Below are positions 32,536 through 42,631 of a stretch of DNA of 46,729 nt, piece after piece; within the stretch, counting starts at the first letter, position 1; each line of letters opens with the position of its first letter. Both the position numbers and the translations under genes were made by a program. The stretch lies in the IMG/VR virus record IMGVR_UViG_3300010283_000004, positions 1-46,729 of that record; one strand, written 5' to 3'. The stretch is from a virus. Under the pieces are notes generated by a model, which searched no databases, was not told the origin of the DNA, and saw only the letters and a list, made by a program, of their open reading frames with translations.

Positions 32536-32955
32536 ATGCTAAAACAAAAAACACAAGTTGTGGAGGTGGCTGGCAAATCCTACCAGCTCACCAAGATGGA
32601 CGCACGCACAGGCAGCTATGTTGCTTTTAAAGTTGCGGGCGTGCTGGCGCCGTCTGGCGGCAAAACAGCCGAGATGGCTGCTGCTCTCATGGGTATGCCA
32701 CGTAAGGATTTTGATGAACTGCAATCCCTGCTGCTGCGCACCGTTAATCGTTTGATTGATAACGGTAATGGTCAGCAGCTCCCCGAACCTGTCCTGACGG
32801 CTAAGGGAGATTTTGTTGATGATGCTCTGGCGTATGATGCTGCCAGCGTTATCCAGCTGACTGTTCATGCGCTGATTTTTAACGTCGGAGGTTTTTTCGC
32901 CGCAGCCGGGTTGAATCTCCCGGCAGAATTGACGGGCAAACCTACGAGCCGATGA
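32536..32955 (+). CDS. Tail assembly chaperone
   Basis: 139 aa, positioned before the tape measure gene. Confidence 0.6.
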   Translation: MLKQKTQVVEVAGKSYQLTKMDARTGSYVAFKVAGVLAPSGGKTAEMAAALMGMPRKDFDELQSLLLRTVNRLIDNGNGQQLPEPVLTAKGDFVDDALAYDAASVIQLTVHALIFNVGGFFAAAGLNLPAELTGKPTSR

Positions 32956-33128
32956 GTTATCCGACGCTTGATGCTTTCGCCTTTGCTCCTGTTGTTGCAG
33001 GGCTTTGGCGGCAGCACGAGCTGAGTGATGGCACGTATGATTTTGATGATTTGCTGGACGCTCACGAACTGTTGGCGGTCAAGGCAGAAAACGCACGGCG
33101 GATGCAGGAAGCCATGAGAAAGGAGTAG
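32952..33128 (+). CDS. Small tail-chaperone-region protein (58 aa; below the ORF-track cut-off)
   Basis: Hand translation gives MSYPTLDAFAFAPVVAGLWRQHELSDGTYDFDDLLDAHELLAVKAENARRMQEAMRKE. ATGA overlap with the chaperone gene. Confidence 0.5.
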   Translation: MSYPTLDAFAFAPVVAGLWRQHELSDGTYDFDDLLDAHELLAVKAENARRMQEAMRKE

Positions 33129-33132
33129 GCTG

Positions 33133-35085
33133 ATGAGCAATATCTTAGAAGAATATCTTGTGCGCATTGGCGCGGAAGTCGACAAGGACGCTTTTGCCGG
33201 AGCTGCGCAAGCTATCAGCAAGTTATCCGGTATGCTCGGGAAGCTGGGTACTATCCTTAAATATGGCGGTATTTTTGTTGGTCTGGCTAAAGTTACGGAA
33301 GCTGTCATTGATAACATCAAGGCTGTGGCCAGCGCCGATTTGGAATACCAAAAGCTGGCGCAATCAATGTGGGTGACAAAAGACACAGCTAAAACCTTGA
33401 GTGTGGTCCTGAAGACCATGGGCGCTTTGCAGGAAGATGTGGCATGGGTGCCGGAGCTGCGTGAGCAGTTTTTCCGTCTGCGTCAGGAGATGGCAGAGCT
33501 GTCTACTCCTGCAGATGCTGACGGACAGTTAGCCTGGATCCGTGAGATTGGTTATGACGTGCAGTCTTTGCAGCTCAAATTAAAAATGTTTAAGGAATGG
33601 GTGGTCTATTACCTTATCAAAGAGCTGCAGCCCTACATCAAAGAATTTCAGAAATTTATCCGCTGGCTGAATGATAAATTCGGCAAGAACTTGCCTGCAC
33701 TGGCACGTAAGGTAGCCAGCGTGCTGGCGAGTGTTGTGCGTGTAGCAATGTCGCTGGTCAAGGCTCTAAAATGGCTATTTGAAGGCATTTATAATTTTAT
33801 TGACGCGCTGCCAAGTAAAACAAAGGCTTTAGTAGCTGTATTTGCTGTTGTCGGTGCTGCCATCATGGCAGGGCCGTTTGGCTTGATGATGATGGCCATC
33901 GGCACTGCACTCATCATGCTGGAGGACTTCTTTGGTTATCTTGAGGGACGCGAGAGCAGCAATACCTTAAAGCCGCTCTGGAAATGGCTTACTGATGAGA
34001 ACAATCCTTTGCATCGCATAATCACAAAGCTTGGTGATGGCATTGCGTTTATCCTTGAGAAGCTTACGGAGCTGTTTGAGAAAGTCTTTACAGAAGAACG
34101 GCAGGAAAAGCTCAAAAAGACTGTAGCTAATATTGCTAAGGGTGTTGCTGAAATTGCCGAAGGGCTGGCGACGATTGTTGAGAGTATTTTTGGCAAAAAG
34201 TATCCTGTTGTGAAGAAATTCTGGGACTTCTTCCTGACAGCTGTTGGTAAAGTTGTAGATAAGGTGCTCACGCTGACCAATAGTATGGGACATCTTATGC
34301 GTGCTTTGGGTAAGGCTATGCAGGGCGACTTCAAGGGAGCGCGTGAGGAATTTATCAATGCGGCTGCTGATGAAAATGCAACAGGCGAGCGGTCTAAATA
34401 TATCCAGCAAAAGCTTATGTCGATGGGCTTTAGTGCTTCTGCTGCCGCTGGTGTTGTAGGCAACCTTGTCCAGGAATCTGGCTTGCGCACGGATGCTATC
34501 GGTGATAATGGAACATCTGGCGGTTTAGCTCAATGGCACAATGAACGCTTAGATGCTCTTAAGCGTTTTGCTGCTGCGCGTGGTAAAAAGTGGACTGACC
34601 TTGACACGCAGATTGAATTTTTAGCAGAAGAAATGCGCACGTCCTACGCTGATACTTATGCTAAAATGCAAAGCGCTGAATTGCCGGAGATAGCCGGGCA
34701 GATCATGACGGACGAATATGAAATCCCTGATCCTGCATCTGCTAATTATGCTCAACGTCAAGCTAATGCTCGTGCTGCCTATGAAGCTATGCAGTCTGGC
34801 AACAAACAAGCAGATGATTATCACGGTGGCGGTGGCGGCGGGTATAACAGCCTTGTTGCTCCTACGAGCTATGCTGCAGGTTTTACTGCAGGTGGTACTG
34901 CCGGTCTTATGCCAATGGCGAACAGTACGGCAAATTATAACGGTGGAGTTATAAATGTTGGCGGCATCGTGGTTAATTGTGGGAACGTAAGTGATCCGCA
35001 GGGCGTGGCTAAGGCTGTGGAAGGAACGATGGAAGATTTTGCCCAGCGTCTGGCAGCGCATAACGGAGGGACGGTGTTTGTATGA
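33133..35085 (+). CDS. Tape measure protein with a C-terminal tail-lysozyme domain
   Basis: 650 aa, helical and TM-rich. The C-terminus AAGVVGNLVQESGLRTDAIGDNGTSGGLAQWHNERL matches the Phage_lysozyme2 pattern. Confidence 0.85.
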   Translation: MSNILEEYLVRIGAEVDKDAFAGAAQAISKLSGMLGKLGTILKYGGIFVGLAKVTEAVIDNIKAVASADLEYQKLAQSMWVTKDTAKTLSVVLKTMGALQEDVAWVPELREQFFRLRQEMAELSTPADADGQLAWIREIGYDVQSLQLKLKMFKEWVVYYLIKELQPYIKEFQKFIRWLNDKFGKNLPALARKVASVLASVVRVAMSLVKALKWLFEGIYNFIDALPSKTKALVAVFAVVGAAIMAGPFGLMMMAIGTALIMLEDFFGYLEGRESSNTLKPLWKWLTDENNPLHRIITKLGDGIAFILEKLTELFEKVFTEERQEKLKKTVANIAKGVAEIAEGLATIVESIFGKKYPVVKKFWDFFLTAVGKVVDKVLTLTNSMGHLMRALGKAMQGDFKGAREEFINAAADENATGERSKYIQQKLMSMGFSASAAAGVVGNLVQESGLRTDAIGDNGTSGGLAQWHNERLDALKRFAAARGKKWTDLDTQIEFLAEEMRTSYADTYAKMQSAELPEIAGQIMTDEYEIPDPASANYAQRQANARAAYEAMQSGNKQADDYHGGGGGGYNSLVAPTSYAAGFTAGGTAGLMPMANSTANYNGGVINVGGIVVNCGNVSDPQGVAKAVEGTMEDFAQRLAAHNGGTVFV

Positions 35086-35768
35086 GCTTAATGGGTGCAA
35101 TGAACACTTTAAATGGTATCTGGGGCGCTAATAATCTGGTTGCTAAGCTCACGGGCAATAAATCATTTAAGACTAATGATGGTTATAGTCCATCTGTTTG
35201 GGGCAGTGGTCTAGGAGCACAACAGGTGCTTATGGTCAAAACGAACATTGGTGGCTATTTTTTTGATGCTGTTTTTAGCGTTGATACTGAACATAGCCTG
35301 ACGGTTACCCAGCATCCTGTGCAGACTGGCGCAAATATCAGTGACCATGCTTTTGTTAATCCTATCCGTATGACGATGCAGATTGGTGTATCTGATGCCA
35401 TGGCTTATCGTACTGGTGCTGATTATGGTGGTGATGGCGGCACAAAATCTGTACAGGCCTATCGCTTACTCTGCAAGCTGCAGGAACTGCGTATACCCAT
35501 GCAGGTTGTTACGCGTCTGAACACGTACCAGAATATGCTTATTGAGAGCATTGATGTGAGCGATGATGTGTCGACGCTATGCGCGCTCAAAGCTACTGTG
35601 AATCTTGTGCAGGTGCTGGTGGTTAATGTTGGAACCGAAAAGGTTTCGGCGCGTCAGTGGACTACAGGTGCACAGCGCAAATCGCAGGAAGTGCAGCCTA
35701 AAGGCGACAACAGTACGATTTTGCGCAAAATAGAAAAGGGCACAGGTATGGAGGTGAAGTGGGGATGA
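35082..35768 (+). CDS. Tail/baseplate protein (distal-tail-like)
   Basis: 228 aa, immediately downstream of the tape measure gene. Contains FDAVFSVDTEHSLTVTQHPVQTGANISDH. Confidence 0.5.
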   Translation: MSLMGAMNTLNGIWGANNLVAKLTGNKSFKTNDGYSPSVWGSGLGAQQVLMVKTNIGGYFFDAVFSVDTEHSLTVTQHPVQTGANISDHAFVNPIRMTMQIGVSDAMAYRTGADYGGDGGTKSVQAYRLLCKLQELRIPMQVVTRLNTYQNMLIESIDVSDDVSTLCALKATVNLVQVLVVNVGTEKVSARQWTTGAQRKSQEVQPKGDNSTILRKIEKGTGMEVKWG

Positions 35769-36097
35769 GTTATTATGAAATACCATTGACTACCACGCCT
35801 TTCGACCAGAAGACTTTTAAGCTGACGCTGGATGGCGAGCGTAACATCAACATCCTGCTGAAGCTACGCTATTATGATTTGTCCGAGTTGTGGGTGGCTG
35901 ATGTCTGCGACAATAGCACAGGCAAAGAGTTGATTACAGGCATGCCGCTCGTTCCTGGCATTGATTTGTTAGGTCAGTACGCTTACCTGAATATTGGCAG
36001 CGCTCAAATCGTGGCTGTTGGGCCTATCACGCAGGAGCAGCCTGATAATGAGACATTAGGCTCAGCCTGGGTGCTTTTATGGGGTGATGACTCATGA
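35765..36097 (+). CDS. Hypothetical baseplate-module protein
   Basis: 110 aa from the ATG at 35765 (ATGA overlap) with SD ggaggtg. Confidence 0.55.
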   Translation: MSYYEIPLTTTPFDQKTFKLTLDGERNINILLKLRYYDLSELWVADVCDNSTGKELITGMPLVPGIDLLGQYAYLNIGSAQIVAVGPITQEQPDNETLGSAWVLLWGDDS

Positions 36098-37086
36098 GCA
36101 GTTATCTGTGGATGCGCAAGTGGAAAATCCTTGTTGTGGATGCTCAGGACAAGGAGGCTTTGAATGTTTCTGACCTGCATGTGAAGTTTACGGTCAAAAA
36201 ATCTCGTGAAATAAATAATTACTCCACCGTGGAAATTTACAATCTTACTGCAGCAACCGAGCAGAAAATCCTTAAGGAAGGCGACCGTATCATCATTGAA
36301 GCCGGTTATGAAGGCTATCTGACTACATCTGCAGATGGCTCCGTCCAAGAAGCAAAGGATGCTGAAGGCAATACCCAAGAGAAACAGTACGGAGTTATCT
36401 TTGACGGTAAAATTATTTATCCATCCCGGCGCAAGGAGAATAACACGGATTACGTGTTATCGCTCCTGTGTGTGGACGGCGCTAATGTGCTTGCTAAAAA
36501 TTTTATTTCTAAAACTTTAAACAAGGGCGTAAACCAACGTCAGATTTTGGATGCGGTCTGTGAAAAGTCAAAAACAAAAATTCCTACGAATAGTATCACG
36601 CAGGGCCTGTCCGGGCAAAAGCTGCCGCGGGGTAAGGTTATTTTTGGCGAGCCTAAAGATTATATATCCGATATCGCCCGCGGTAACGGTGCGAGCTATT
36701 GGGTGGATGATGGCAAGCTGAACATGATAAAGCTTGCCGACGCTGCCAAGGATGAAGCTATCGTGCAAACGCCTACGACCGGTCTTGTCGGGATGCCGAC
36801 GCAGACGCAGTATGGCGCAAATTTTAAGCTGCTGCTGAATCCTGCTGTACAGATGTGGTCCTTGGTGCAGCTTAAAAATAGCGAGATTGCGGAAGCGCAG
36901 GTTACTCCAGGTCAGGCGCAGATGCCGCTTGATGAAGAGTGGATCTATCAAGTTATTGAGCTGACGCACACAGGTGATACGACAGGTAATGATTGGTATA
37001 CATCATGTACGGCTGTATCGCGCTATGGTAAGGGCGTTCTGCCTGCTCTCATGGCCAACAATGCGCAGAATCCGAACGGAGTGTGA
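36094..37086 (+). CDS. Baseplate hub protein (Mu gp44 / gpD-like)
   Basis: 330 aa, positioned before the spike gene. Confidence 0.55.
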   Translation: MSSYLWMRKWKILVVDAQDKEALNVSDLHVKFTVKKSREINNYSTVEIYNLTAATEQKILKEGDRIIIEAGYEGYLTTSADGSVQEAKDAEGNTQEKQYGVIFDGKIIYPSRRKENNTDYVLSLLCVDGANVLAKNFISKTLNKGVNQRQILDAVCEKSKTKIPTNSITQGLSGQKLPRGKVIFGEPKDYISDIARGNGASYWVDDGKLNMIKLADAAKDEAIVQTPTTGLVGMPTQTQYGANFKLLLNPAVQMWSLVQLKNSEIAEAQVTPGQAQMPLDEEWIYQVIELTHTGDTTGNDWYTSCTAVSRYGKGVLPALMANNAQNPNGV

Positions 37087-37090
37087 TTTT

Positions 37091-37639
37091 ATGATTGATT
37101 TAAATTTGCGTACGCCGAACGTCGAACGTCAGGGCGAACTTGACGCTCGTGCCGCTGCAATCAAGACGCGCGTGTGCATGCCTGGCATTATCCAAAGCTT
37201 TGACGCGGCCGCTCAGACTGTTACTGTGCAGCCAGCATTGCGAGAAAAAATGCTTGCAGATGGTGATGAATCATGGATAGATATTCCTTTGCTGGTCGAC
37301 GTGCCTATTGTCGTGCCACGCGCCGGAGGTTATGCGCTGACGCTGCCGATACAGGCAGGTGATGAGTGTTTGGTGGTCTTTGGCGATATGTGCATGGATG
37401 GCTGGTGGCAGAGCGGCGGCGTGCAGAACCAAGTAGAGTGTCGCAGGCATGACCTGTCTGATGGCTTTGCTATTATCGGCGTGTGGTCGCAGCCTAGAGT
37501 AATCCCCGGCTACAGCACAGGCTCTGCTCAGTTGCGTAATGATGCAGGCAGTGCTTACGTAGAGCTTGCCGGAGATACGATTAACATCGTAGGCGGTACG
37601 GTAAACATTAAAGCAGGGCGGGTGAACATCAATGAGTAG
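37091..37639 (+). CDS. Baseplate spike protein (Mu gp45 / gpV-like)
   Basis: 182 aa from the ATG at 37091. Contains PGIIQSFDAAAQTVTVQP...PLLVDVPIV...GDECLVVF. Confidence 0.7.
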   Translation: MIDLNLRTPNVERQGELDARAAAIKTRVCMPGIIQSFDAAAQTVTVQPALREKMLADGDESWIDIPLLVDVPIVVPRAGGYALTLPIQAGDECLVVFGDMCMDGWWQSGGVQNQVECRRHDLSDGFAIIGVWSQPRVIPGYSTGSAQLRNDAGSAYVELAGDTINIVGGTVNIKAGRVNINE

Positions 37640-37922
37640 TGCAACACGTTTAGGCGATTTGGATACCGGTCATGATGCCTGTGCTCCGACAGCGCTTGTA
37701 TCGGCCAGCCCTAACGTATATATCAACGGCTGCGCTGCAGGCCGTGTGGGGGACAGTTATGCGCCGCATGGGTGTGTAGCGCATCCGACGCATAGCGGCG
37801 TCATTGCCAGCGGCAGCAGCTCCGTATACATCAACGGCAAGGCTGCAGGGCGCATTGGTGATCCCGTGAGCTGTGGCGGCACTGTGGCCGAAGGCAGCAG
37901 TAATGTGTTTATTGGAGGCTGA
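37632..37922 (+). CDS. PAAR-domain spike-tip protein
   Basis: 96 aa with the repeated motifs VYINGCAAGRVGD / VYINGKAAGRIGD / VFIGG. Confidence 0.9.
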   Translation: MSSATRLGDLDTGHDACAPTALVSASPNVYINGCAAGRVGDSYAPHGCVAHPTHSGVIASGSSSVYINGKAAGRIGDPVSCGGTVAEGSSNVFIGG

Positions 37923-37923
37923 T

Positions 37924-38289
37924 ATGCAGGTTAGACGTTTAGACGACAATTGGGATTACTGCTTTGGTCGTGGCTCTCAAAATTACATCAGCGGTGTTGA
38001 AGCTGTCGGGCAGGCGATAAAGCAACGCCTGCTCTTGCTTTACGCTGAGTGGTGGGAAGATTTAAAAGATGGCTTGCCGCTGTGGGAGCAAATCTTAGGC
38101 ACGTCTGGCAGTGATGAGAATAGGCAGGCTGTAGATATTATTATCCGTGACCGTATAAGCGGCACGGAAGGCGTGCAGTCTGTCACGTCTTTTGAATCAA
38201 GCTATGAACGAAGACATTATAAATTCACGGCAACCGTAGAGACTATCTACGGTTCGCTGACTATTAGTAGCGAGGAGGTGCAGATGTGA
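37924..38289 (+). CDS. Baseplate wedge protein (gp25/GPW / Mu gp46-like)
   Basis: 121 aa, positioned between the PAAR gene and the baseplate J gene. Confidence 0.6.
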   Translation: MQVRRLDDNWDYCFGRGSQNYISGVEAVGQAIKQRLLLLYAEWWEDLKDGLPLWEQILGTSGSDENRQAVDIIIRDRISGTEGVQSVTSFESSYERRHYKFTATVETIYGSLTISSEEVQM

Positions 38290-39479
38290 CGTATTTTAAG
38301 CCTTATGTTGATAGTACGGGACTGCATATCCCTACATACAACGATATTTTAGAGGATATGATTGCTGCAATGAAGCAAATCTACGGCGATGATATCTATC
38401 TGGACAACAGCTCGCCTGATTATCAGCTGTTGTCTATTTTTGCTCTCAAGCAAAGCGATACGCTGCAGGCTCTCGCGTATGCGTATAATGCACGGTCACC
38501 TGAAACGGCTATTGGTACGTCGCTGGACAGCGTAGTAAAGCTGAATGGTATTAAACGCAAGGCTGCAGGGCACAGCACCTGCCAAGTAAAGATTACCGGC
38601 AGCCCGTTTACGCAGATAACCAATGGTGCAGTAAAAGACCGCGCGGGGATGACATGGGATTTGCCGGCAAACGTAGTAATCGACTCCAATGGCACGGCTT
38701 ACACTGTAGCTACATGCCGCACTGCAGGCGCTGTGAGCGCGCTGGCGGGCGATATAGCGCAGATTGAGACGCCGACCTATGGATGGATAGCTGTTATCAA
38801 CGAAGTGAGCGCTGTGCTGGGCAACACGCAGGAAACCGACGCGCAGCTCCGCCAAAGGCAGGCAATCAGTACGGCCAATCCGTCGCAGACAATGCTGGCA
38901 GGCACCAAGGGCGCTATTGCAGCATTACCGGACGTGTTCCGCTATGCTGTTTACGAGAATGACACCAACGTTGACACTGTAACCGAAGATAATCCGCACG
39001 GCCTGCCGGCGCACTCCGTAACCTGTGTTGTTGAGGGCGGCACGGATGAGGATGTGGCTGAGGCTATATACCTGCATAAAGGCATCGGCTGTTATACAAA
39101 CGGCGATGTGGAGGTGCAGTATACCGACCAGAACGATTATATCAACACCATCAGATTTTACCGGCCGGAATATAAAACCATCTACGTCAAATGCACGCTG
39201 AAGAAGTATGTCGGCTATATATCCAGCATCCAAGCCAACGTCAAGAGTGCGATATATGATTATTTATCCGCGCTTACAATTGGCAGCGATGTGTCTGCGT
39301 CGGTGCTGGCCAACATTATCACTGACTGCAATCCGTCTTTGACTAAGCCCATATTTGGCATAAAAGAGCTGAAATTGGGACTCGCGGCAGATGCAATGGG
39401 GGTTGCTGACGTTGCAATAGGTTACAAGGAGATTCCGAAGCCGGCATACGATGCCATTGAGGTACAGGTCGATGCTTGA
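38286..39479 (+). CDS. Baseplate J-like protein (Mu gp47)
   Basis: 397 aa with a GTG start after SD gaggagg. Assigned by typical size and context. Confidence 0.8.
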   Translation: MTYFKPYVDSTGLHIPTYNDILEDMIAAMKQIYGDDIYLDNSSPDYQLLSIFALKQSDTLQALAYAYNARSPETAIGTSLDSVVKLNGIKRKAAGHSTCQVKITGSPFTQITNGAVKDRAGMTWDLPANVVIDSNGTAYTVATCRTAGAVSALAGDIAQIETPTYGWIAVINEVSAVLGNTQETDAQLRQRQAISTANPSQTMLAGTKGAIAALPDVFRYAVYENDTNVDTVTEDNPHGLPAHSVTCVVEGGTDEDVAEAIYLHKGIGCYTNGDVEVQYTDQNDYINTIRFYRPEYKTIYVKCTLKKYVGYISSIQANVKSAIYDYLSALTIGSDVSASVLANIITDCNPSLTKPIFGIKELKLGLAADAMGVADVAIGYKEIPKPAYDAIEVQVDA

Positions 39480-40218
39480 TTTAACATATTATAAACGGCT
39501 GATCACGAGCGAGTATCGCCGCAGCGCTAACTTTACGGCTATGGTGGAGAGATTGCTCAGCTACGGCCTTGATTTGGACAGCAGCGCCACCGATTTGATT
39601 ATGGCGTTTGAGGTTGATTATGCTACGACTGCACAGCTAGATATCCTCGGCGCTATTGTCGGAGTAAGCAGGCAGCTCAGCTTTGAGCCGTCCGCTGCTG
39701 CTACAGGCGACATTGTTTGCCCGGCTCCGACGGAAATTGCCAGCGGCACCGAGTATCCGATAATCAACACGCCAGAGCCGCAAAACATGGTAAGCGTCAG
39801 CTTTATTTCCGGCTTTCCGCCGGGTGAGATGAACGACAGCAACAGCATGATGGACGATGATTTGTTCCGGTTGCTAATCAAAGCGCGTATCATCCAAAAT
39901 GCGTGGAAGGGCACTATAACAGAACTGTATGAGCTGTGGAAATCGGTTATGGGTAAAGATAAGCATTTATCTATCGAAGATTTGCAGGACATGTCATTTA
40001 ACATCGTCCTGCAGGGCGATTATACTGCGCTGGAGCGCGAGCTGATTATCCACGCATATATCATTCCAAAGCCGGAGGGCGTACGCATCAACGTGCTGAC
40101 ATTCGTATCGACGGACGGCCTGCCGCTGTTCAGCTACGATTACAACACTATGCGTTACAGTGGTTACAATAGCCATTGGGCTGTAGAAGGGAGCGAGCTA
40201 ACAAATGGCGAGAAGTAA
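39472..40218 (+). CDS. Baseplate/tail protein (P2 gpI / Mu gp48, DUF2313-like)
   Basis: 248 aa from the ATG at 39472. Contains YYKRLITSEYRRSANFTAMVE...LDILGAIVG. Confidence 0.65.
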   Translation: MLDLTYYKRLITSEYRRSANFTAMVERLLSYGLDLDSSATDLIMAFEVDYATTAQLDILGAIVGVSRQLSFEPSAAATGDIVCPAPTEIASGTEYPIINTPEPQNMVSVSFISGFPPGEMNDSNSMMDDDLFRLLIKARIIQNAWKGTITELYELWKSVMGKDKHLSIEDLQDMSFNIVLQGDYTALERELIIHAYIIPKPEGVRINVLTFVSTDGLPLFSYDYNTMRYSGYNSHWAVEGSELTNGEK

Positions 40219-41011
40219 TTTTAAGATATTTGCTGAGGCTGTGGACAGCAGCAAGGTTGTATCCGACGCTGAATACGCTGTCAACACTCAGCGTATCGGC
40301 GGCGTTGTTCCGGGGCTGGCGGCGGCTGACCTGCACAACAAGCTATATAAGCAGGCCACGATTATGGCTGCCGCTTTGGCGCAGGTCCTGGTCGAGCAGG
40401 GGCAGGATGCTTTGGACAGCGATTACACAGGCCTCGTAGCCTCAATCAAAAAAACATTCCTGCTGTCACTGAACGGCGAGAAACCGGATGCTAAAGGCAA
40501 TTTGCAGAAAAATTTTGTTTACAGTGTTGAGGGTAAAAAGCCGGACAGCAGCGGCAATGTGTCTTTGAACATCGATTATCTCAACGCGATGAGCTTTGTC
40601 GGCTCCGTGGTAATAACCCGCGACAACATCAATCCCGGCACAAGACTTGGCGGTACGTGGCAGCTTCTGCAGAGCGGCCGCTATATCCGCACTGCCGGTG
40701 CAGGTTATCCCGGCGGCACGATGGGCGGCAGTGATGGCTTTACACTGGGTGTAAATAATCTGCCTGCACATAGCCATGAAGCTACAATTTATGGTGCTGG
40801 TAATCATAAGCATGACATTTATGTTAGCAATTGGCAAACACACGGCGGCAGTGGTGGTGCAGGATATCAAGCTCATGAGCGCCGCTGGGGCGCAACTGAA
40901 GAGGCTGGAAATCACTCGCATCAAATATCCATTAAATCTACCGGCAACGGAGAAAAGGTAACCTTTGAGCCGTCTTATTTGTGTTTATACTTTTGGGTGC
41001 GTACTGCGTGA
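40205..41011 (+). CDS. Tail fibre protein with a C-terminal tail-collar domain
   Basis: LGGTWQLL...GG...LGVNNLPAHSHE...GNHKH...GNHSHQ matches the phage Tail Collar pattern. Confidence 0.8.
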   Translation: MARSNFKIFAEAVDSSKVVSDAEYAVNTQRIGGVVPGLAAADLHNKLYKQATIMAAALAQVLVEQGQDALDSDYTGLVASIKKTFLLSLNGEKPDAKGNLQKNFVYSVEGKKPDSSGNVSLNIDYLNAMSFVGSVVITRDNINPGTRLGGTWQLLQSGRYIRTAGAGYPGGTMGGSDGFTLGVNNLPAHSHEATIYGAGNHKHDIYVSNWQTHGGSGGAGYQAHERRWGATEEAGNHSHQISIKSTGNGEKVTFEPSYLCLYFWVRTA

Positions 41012-41021
41012 GGTGAAGTAA

Positions 41022-41876
41022 ATGAGTAATGCAAGAATACAGTTTAGCACAGCGTCCGAGGAAAAATGGCTGCAGGTGAATCCTGTGTTGCGTGAGGGCG
41101 AGCTGGTCATCGCGCGCAAGGCGAACGGCAAGCGTAAGCTCGTGGTCGGCAAAACTGGCGGCTCCTCATACGCAAACTCCGAGGTGGTGTGGGATGCCGA
41201 GCAGGCTGAAACATATATGACTACCACCAAGGATTTAAGCGAGAATGTCAACGTTTTTGTGCCGCACATCGATTCCGCCGGCATTTTGACATGGACGAAC
41301 AAAGCGGGATTAGCTAATCCCACCGCAGTAAATATCAAGGGGGCAAAAGGTGACAAGGGCGATCCCGGACTGCAAGGTCCGAAAGGCGATGAAGTTACTA
41401 TTGATGAGGAACTATCTTCAACTTCTATTAATCCCGTTCAGAATAAAGTAGTAACGACAGCGATTGATACTCTTGCTGCTAGTATTCCTAAAACGTCTAT
41501 GGCTAATACATGGACGGCGCAGCAAAATTTTTATGACCTTATACTCAACAGAGAGAAATACACTACCTATGTTGTCGCTAGCACTTCTGACACGCCTATA
41601 ACCTCTACAATGGTTTATGCTGTAACAGGTGCATTTACACTTAACCTTGCTACTTTGGCTAAGGCATTAAGTGCTAGTCAATCATCCGTATTTACTGCGT
41701 ATTTTGCTGCAAATGCAGATTACAGTTTGACTATAAGCAATGCTGGTACATTAAAATACACCGGTAGTGCATCTGATGTTGCTATCACGAGTGCAGGATT
41801 GCTTCTTAACATATGGATGAGCAAAGATGGCGGTGGTACTTTGACTAGCATCGTACAGGCTAGTAAGTTATCGTGA
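41022..41876 (+). CDS. Tail fibre A: Mtd_N/hyaluronidase-type N-domain, short collagen-like stretch, receptor-binding C-domain paralogous to 43490..44194
   Basis: The N-terminus is IQFSTASEEKWLQVNPVLREGELVIARK. G-x-y repeats GAKGDKGDPGLQGPKGD lie at 41340..41390. The C-terminus ...NAGTLKYTGSASDVAITSAGLLLN...IVQASKLS parallels the second fibre. Confidence 0.8.
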   Translation: MSNARIQFSTASEEKWLQVNPVLREGELVIARKANGKRKLVVGKTGGSSYANSEVVWDAEQAETYMTTTKDLSENVNVFVPHIDSAGILTWTNKAGLANPTAVNIKGAKGDKGDPGLQGPKGDEVTIDEELSSTSINPVQNKVVTTAIDTLAASIPKTSMANTWTAQQNFYDLILNREKYTTYVVASTSDTPITSTMVYAVTGAFTLNLATLAKALSASQSSVFTAYFAANADYSLTISNAGTLKYTGSASDVAITSAGLLLNIWMSKDGGGTLTSIVQASKLS

Positions 41877-41886
41877 GGTGACAAGT

Positions 41887-41919
41887 ATGGGACTTAATCG
41901 TATGTTGATGTGCATTTGA
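41887..41919 (+). pseudogene. 10-codon remnant (MGLNRMLMCI*) homologous to the N-terminus of the gene at 44205
   Basis: The junction cgtgaggtg-N6-ATG-..aatcg..ttgatg is shared with 44184..44235. The frame closes after 10 codons. Confidence 0.35.
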
Positions 41920-41934
41920 TCAGGAGGTATATCT

Positions 41935-42294
41935 ATGTTAACAAGACTTATGTTTAGTGGGGGGAGTGCGCAGGTGCTAGTGATGCAGGCGGGCACGAAT
42001 GGAGTGTCCTATCCCTCTTATGGTTATGATGGCTATGGCTCAATATCCCCCGATTATATTTTGCATCAAGGCGAAAAGTATGTAATAAATATATTTTATA
42101 CAACTACTAGATTTGGTAAAAGTTATTTATATTTCAAAAATAACAAAATCCCAAATGGTGAAAAGATGATTATAGAGGTTAATGGAATTGTTTACACTCT
42201 TAATAAAGAGGCTCAATACAACAGATATCGCATTGATGCAAACCTTTTTACATCCGTTGGCACATATATAATTAAAATCCTATCAATAGAATGA
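41935..42294 (+). CDS. Hypothetical protein downstream of fibre A (fibre accessory/chaperone candidate)
   Basis: 119 aa with SD aggagg. It looks AT-rich. The N-terminus MLTRLMFSGG resembles MSINRILMKTNG of the gene at 44205. Confidence 0.6.
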   Translation: MLTRLMFSGGSAQVLVMQAGTNGVSYPSYGYDGYGSISPDYILHQGEKYVINIFYTTTRFGKSYLYFKNNKIPNGEKMIIEVNGIVYTLNKEAQYNRYRIDANLFTSVGTYIIKILSIE

Positions 42295-42295
42295 G

Positions 42296-42631
42296 GTGAT
42301 AGCGGTGTTTAAAGTTAATGACAACAACATCAGGATGATTAGAGGTGATAGCGGTGTTTTCAATATCAGCATCACCGATATTAATGGTAGGAATGTTGAA
42401 CTGACTGACAGTGATGTGTTAACATTTACGCTTCGTCGCACAGTACGGAATCCAACTATCATCCTGCAAAAAATCATTGCTGGCGGCGAGCTGGATATCA
42501 AGCCAGCCGATACCGAGGGGCTGACGTTTGGCGCATACGTCTACGACATCGAGCTCAAACGTGCTGATGGCTACGTTGATACAGTTATTCCGCCACACGA
42601 ATTTTTATTGCTCGAGGAGGTGACGTACTGA
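42296..42631 (+). CDS. Hypothetical tail protein
   Basis: 111-aa ORF. The GTG at 42305 has better SD spacing. Confidence 0.55.
   Translation: MIAVFKVNDNNIRMIRGDSGVFNISITDINGRNVELTDSDVLTFTLRRTVRNPTIILQKIIAGGELDIKPADTEGLTFGAYVYDIELKRADGYVDTVIPPHEFLLLEEVTY

Noticed and set aside
32900-32960. Programmed -1 frameshift between the tail chaperone and the downstream small ORF.
   Set aside because: No X-XXY-YYZ slippery heptamer is visible near the end of the chaperone gene. The downstream ORF has its own ATG in an ATGA overlap, so independent coupled translation is sufficient.
41022-41876. Diversity-generating retroelement, because the fibre N-terminus is Mtd_N-like.
   Set aside because: There is no reverse transcriptase gene, and no template/variable repeat pair with adenine-specific differences is visible. 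The two fibre C-domains are diverged paralogues at the protein level only.
42294-42360. 17-bp direct repeat aggtgatagcggtgttt, at 42294..42310 and 42344..42360.
   Set aside because: One copy spans the SD and start, and the other lies inside the same gene. It is probably a small duplication scar, and no functional inference is possible from the sequence alone.
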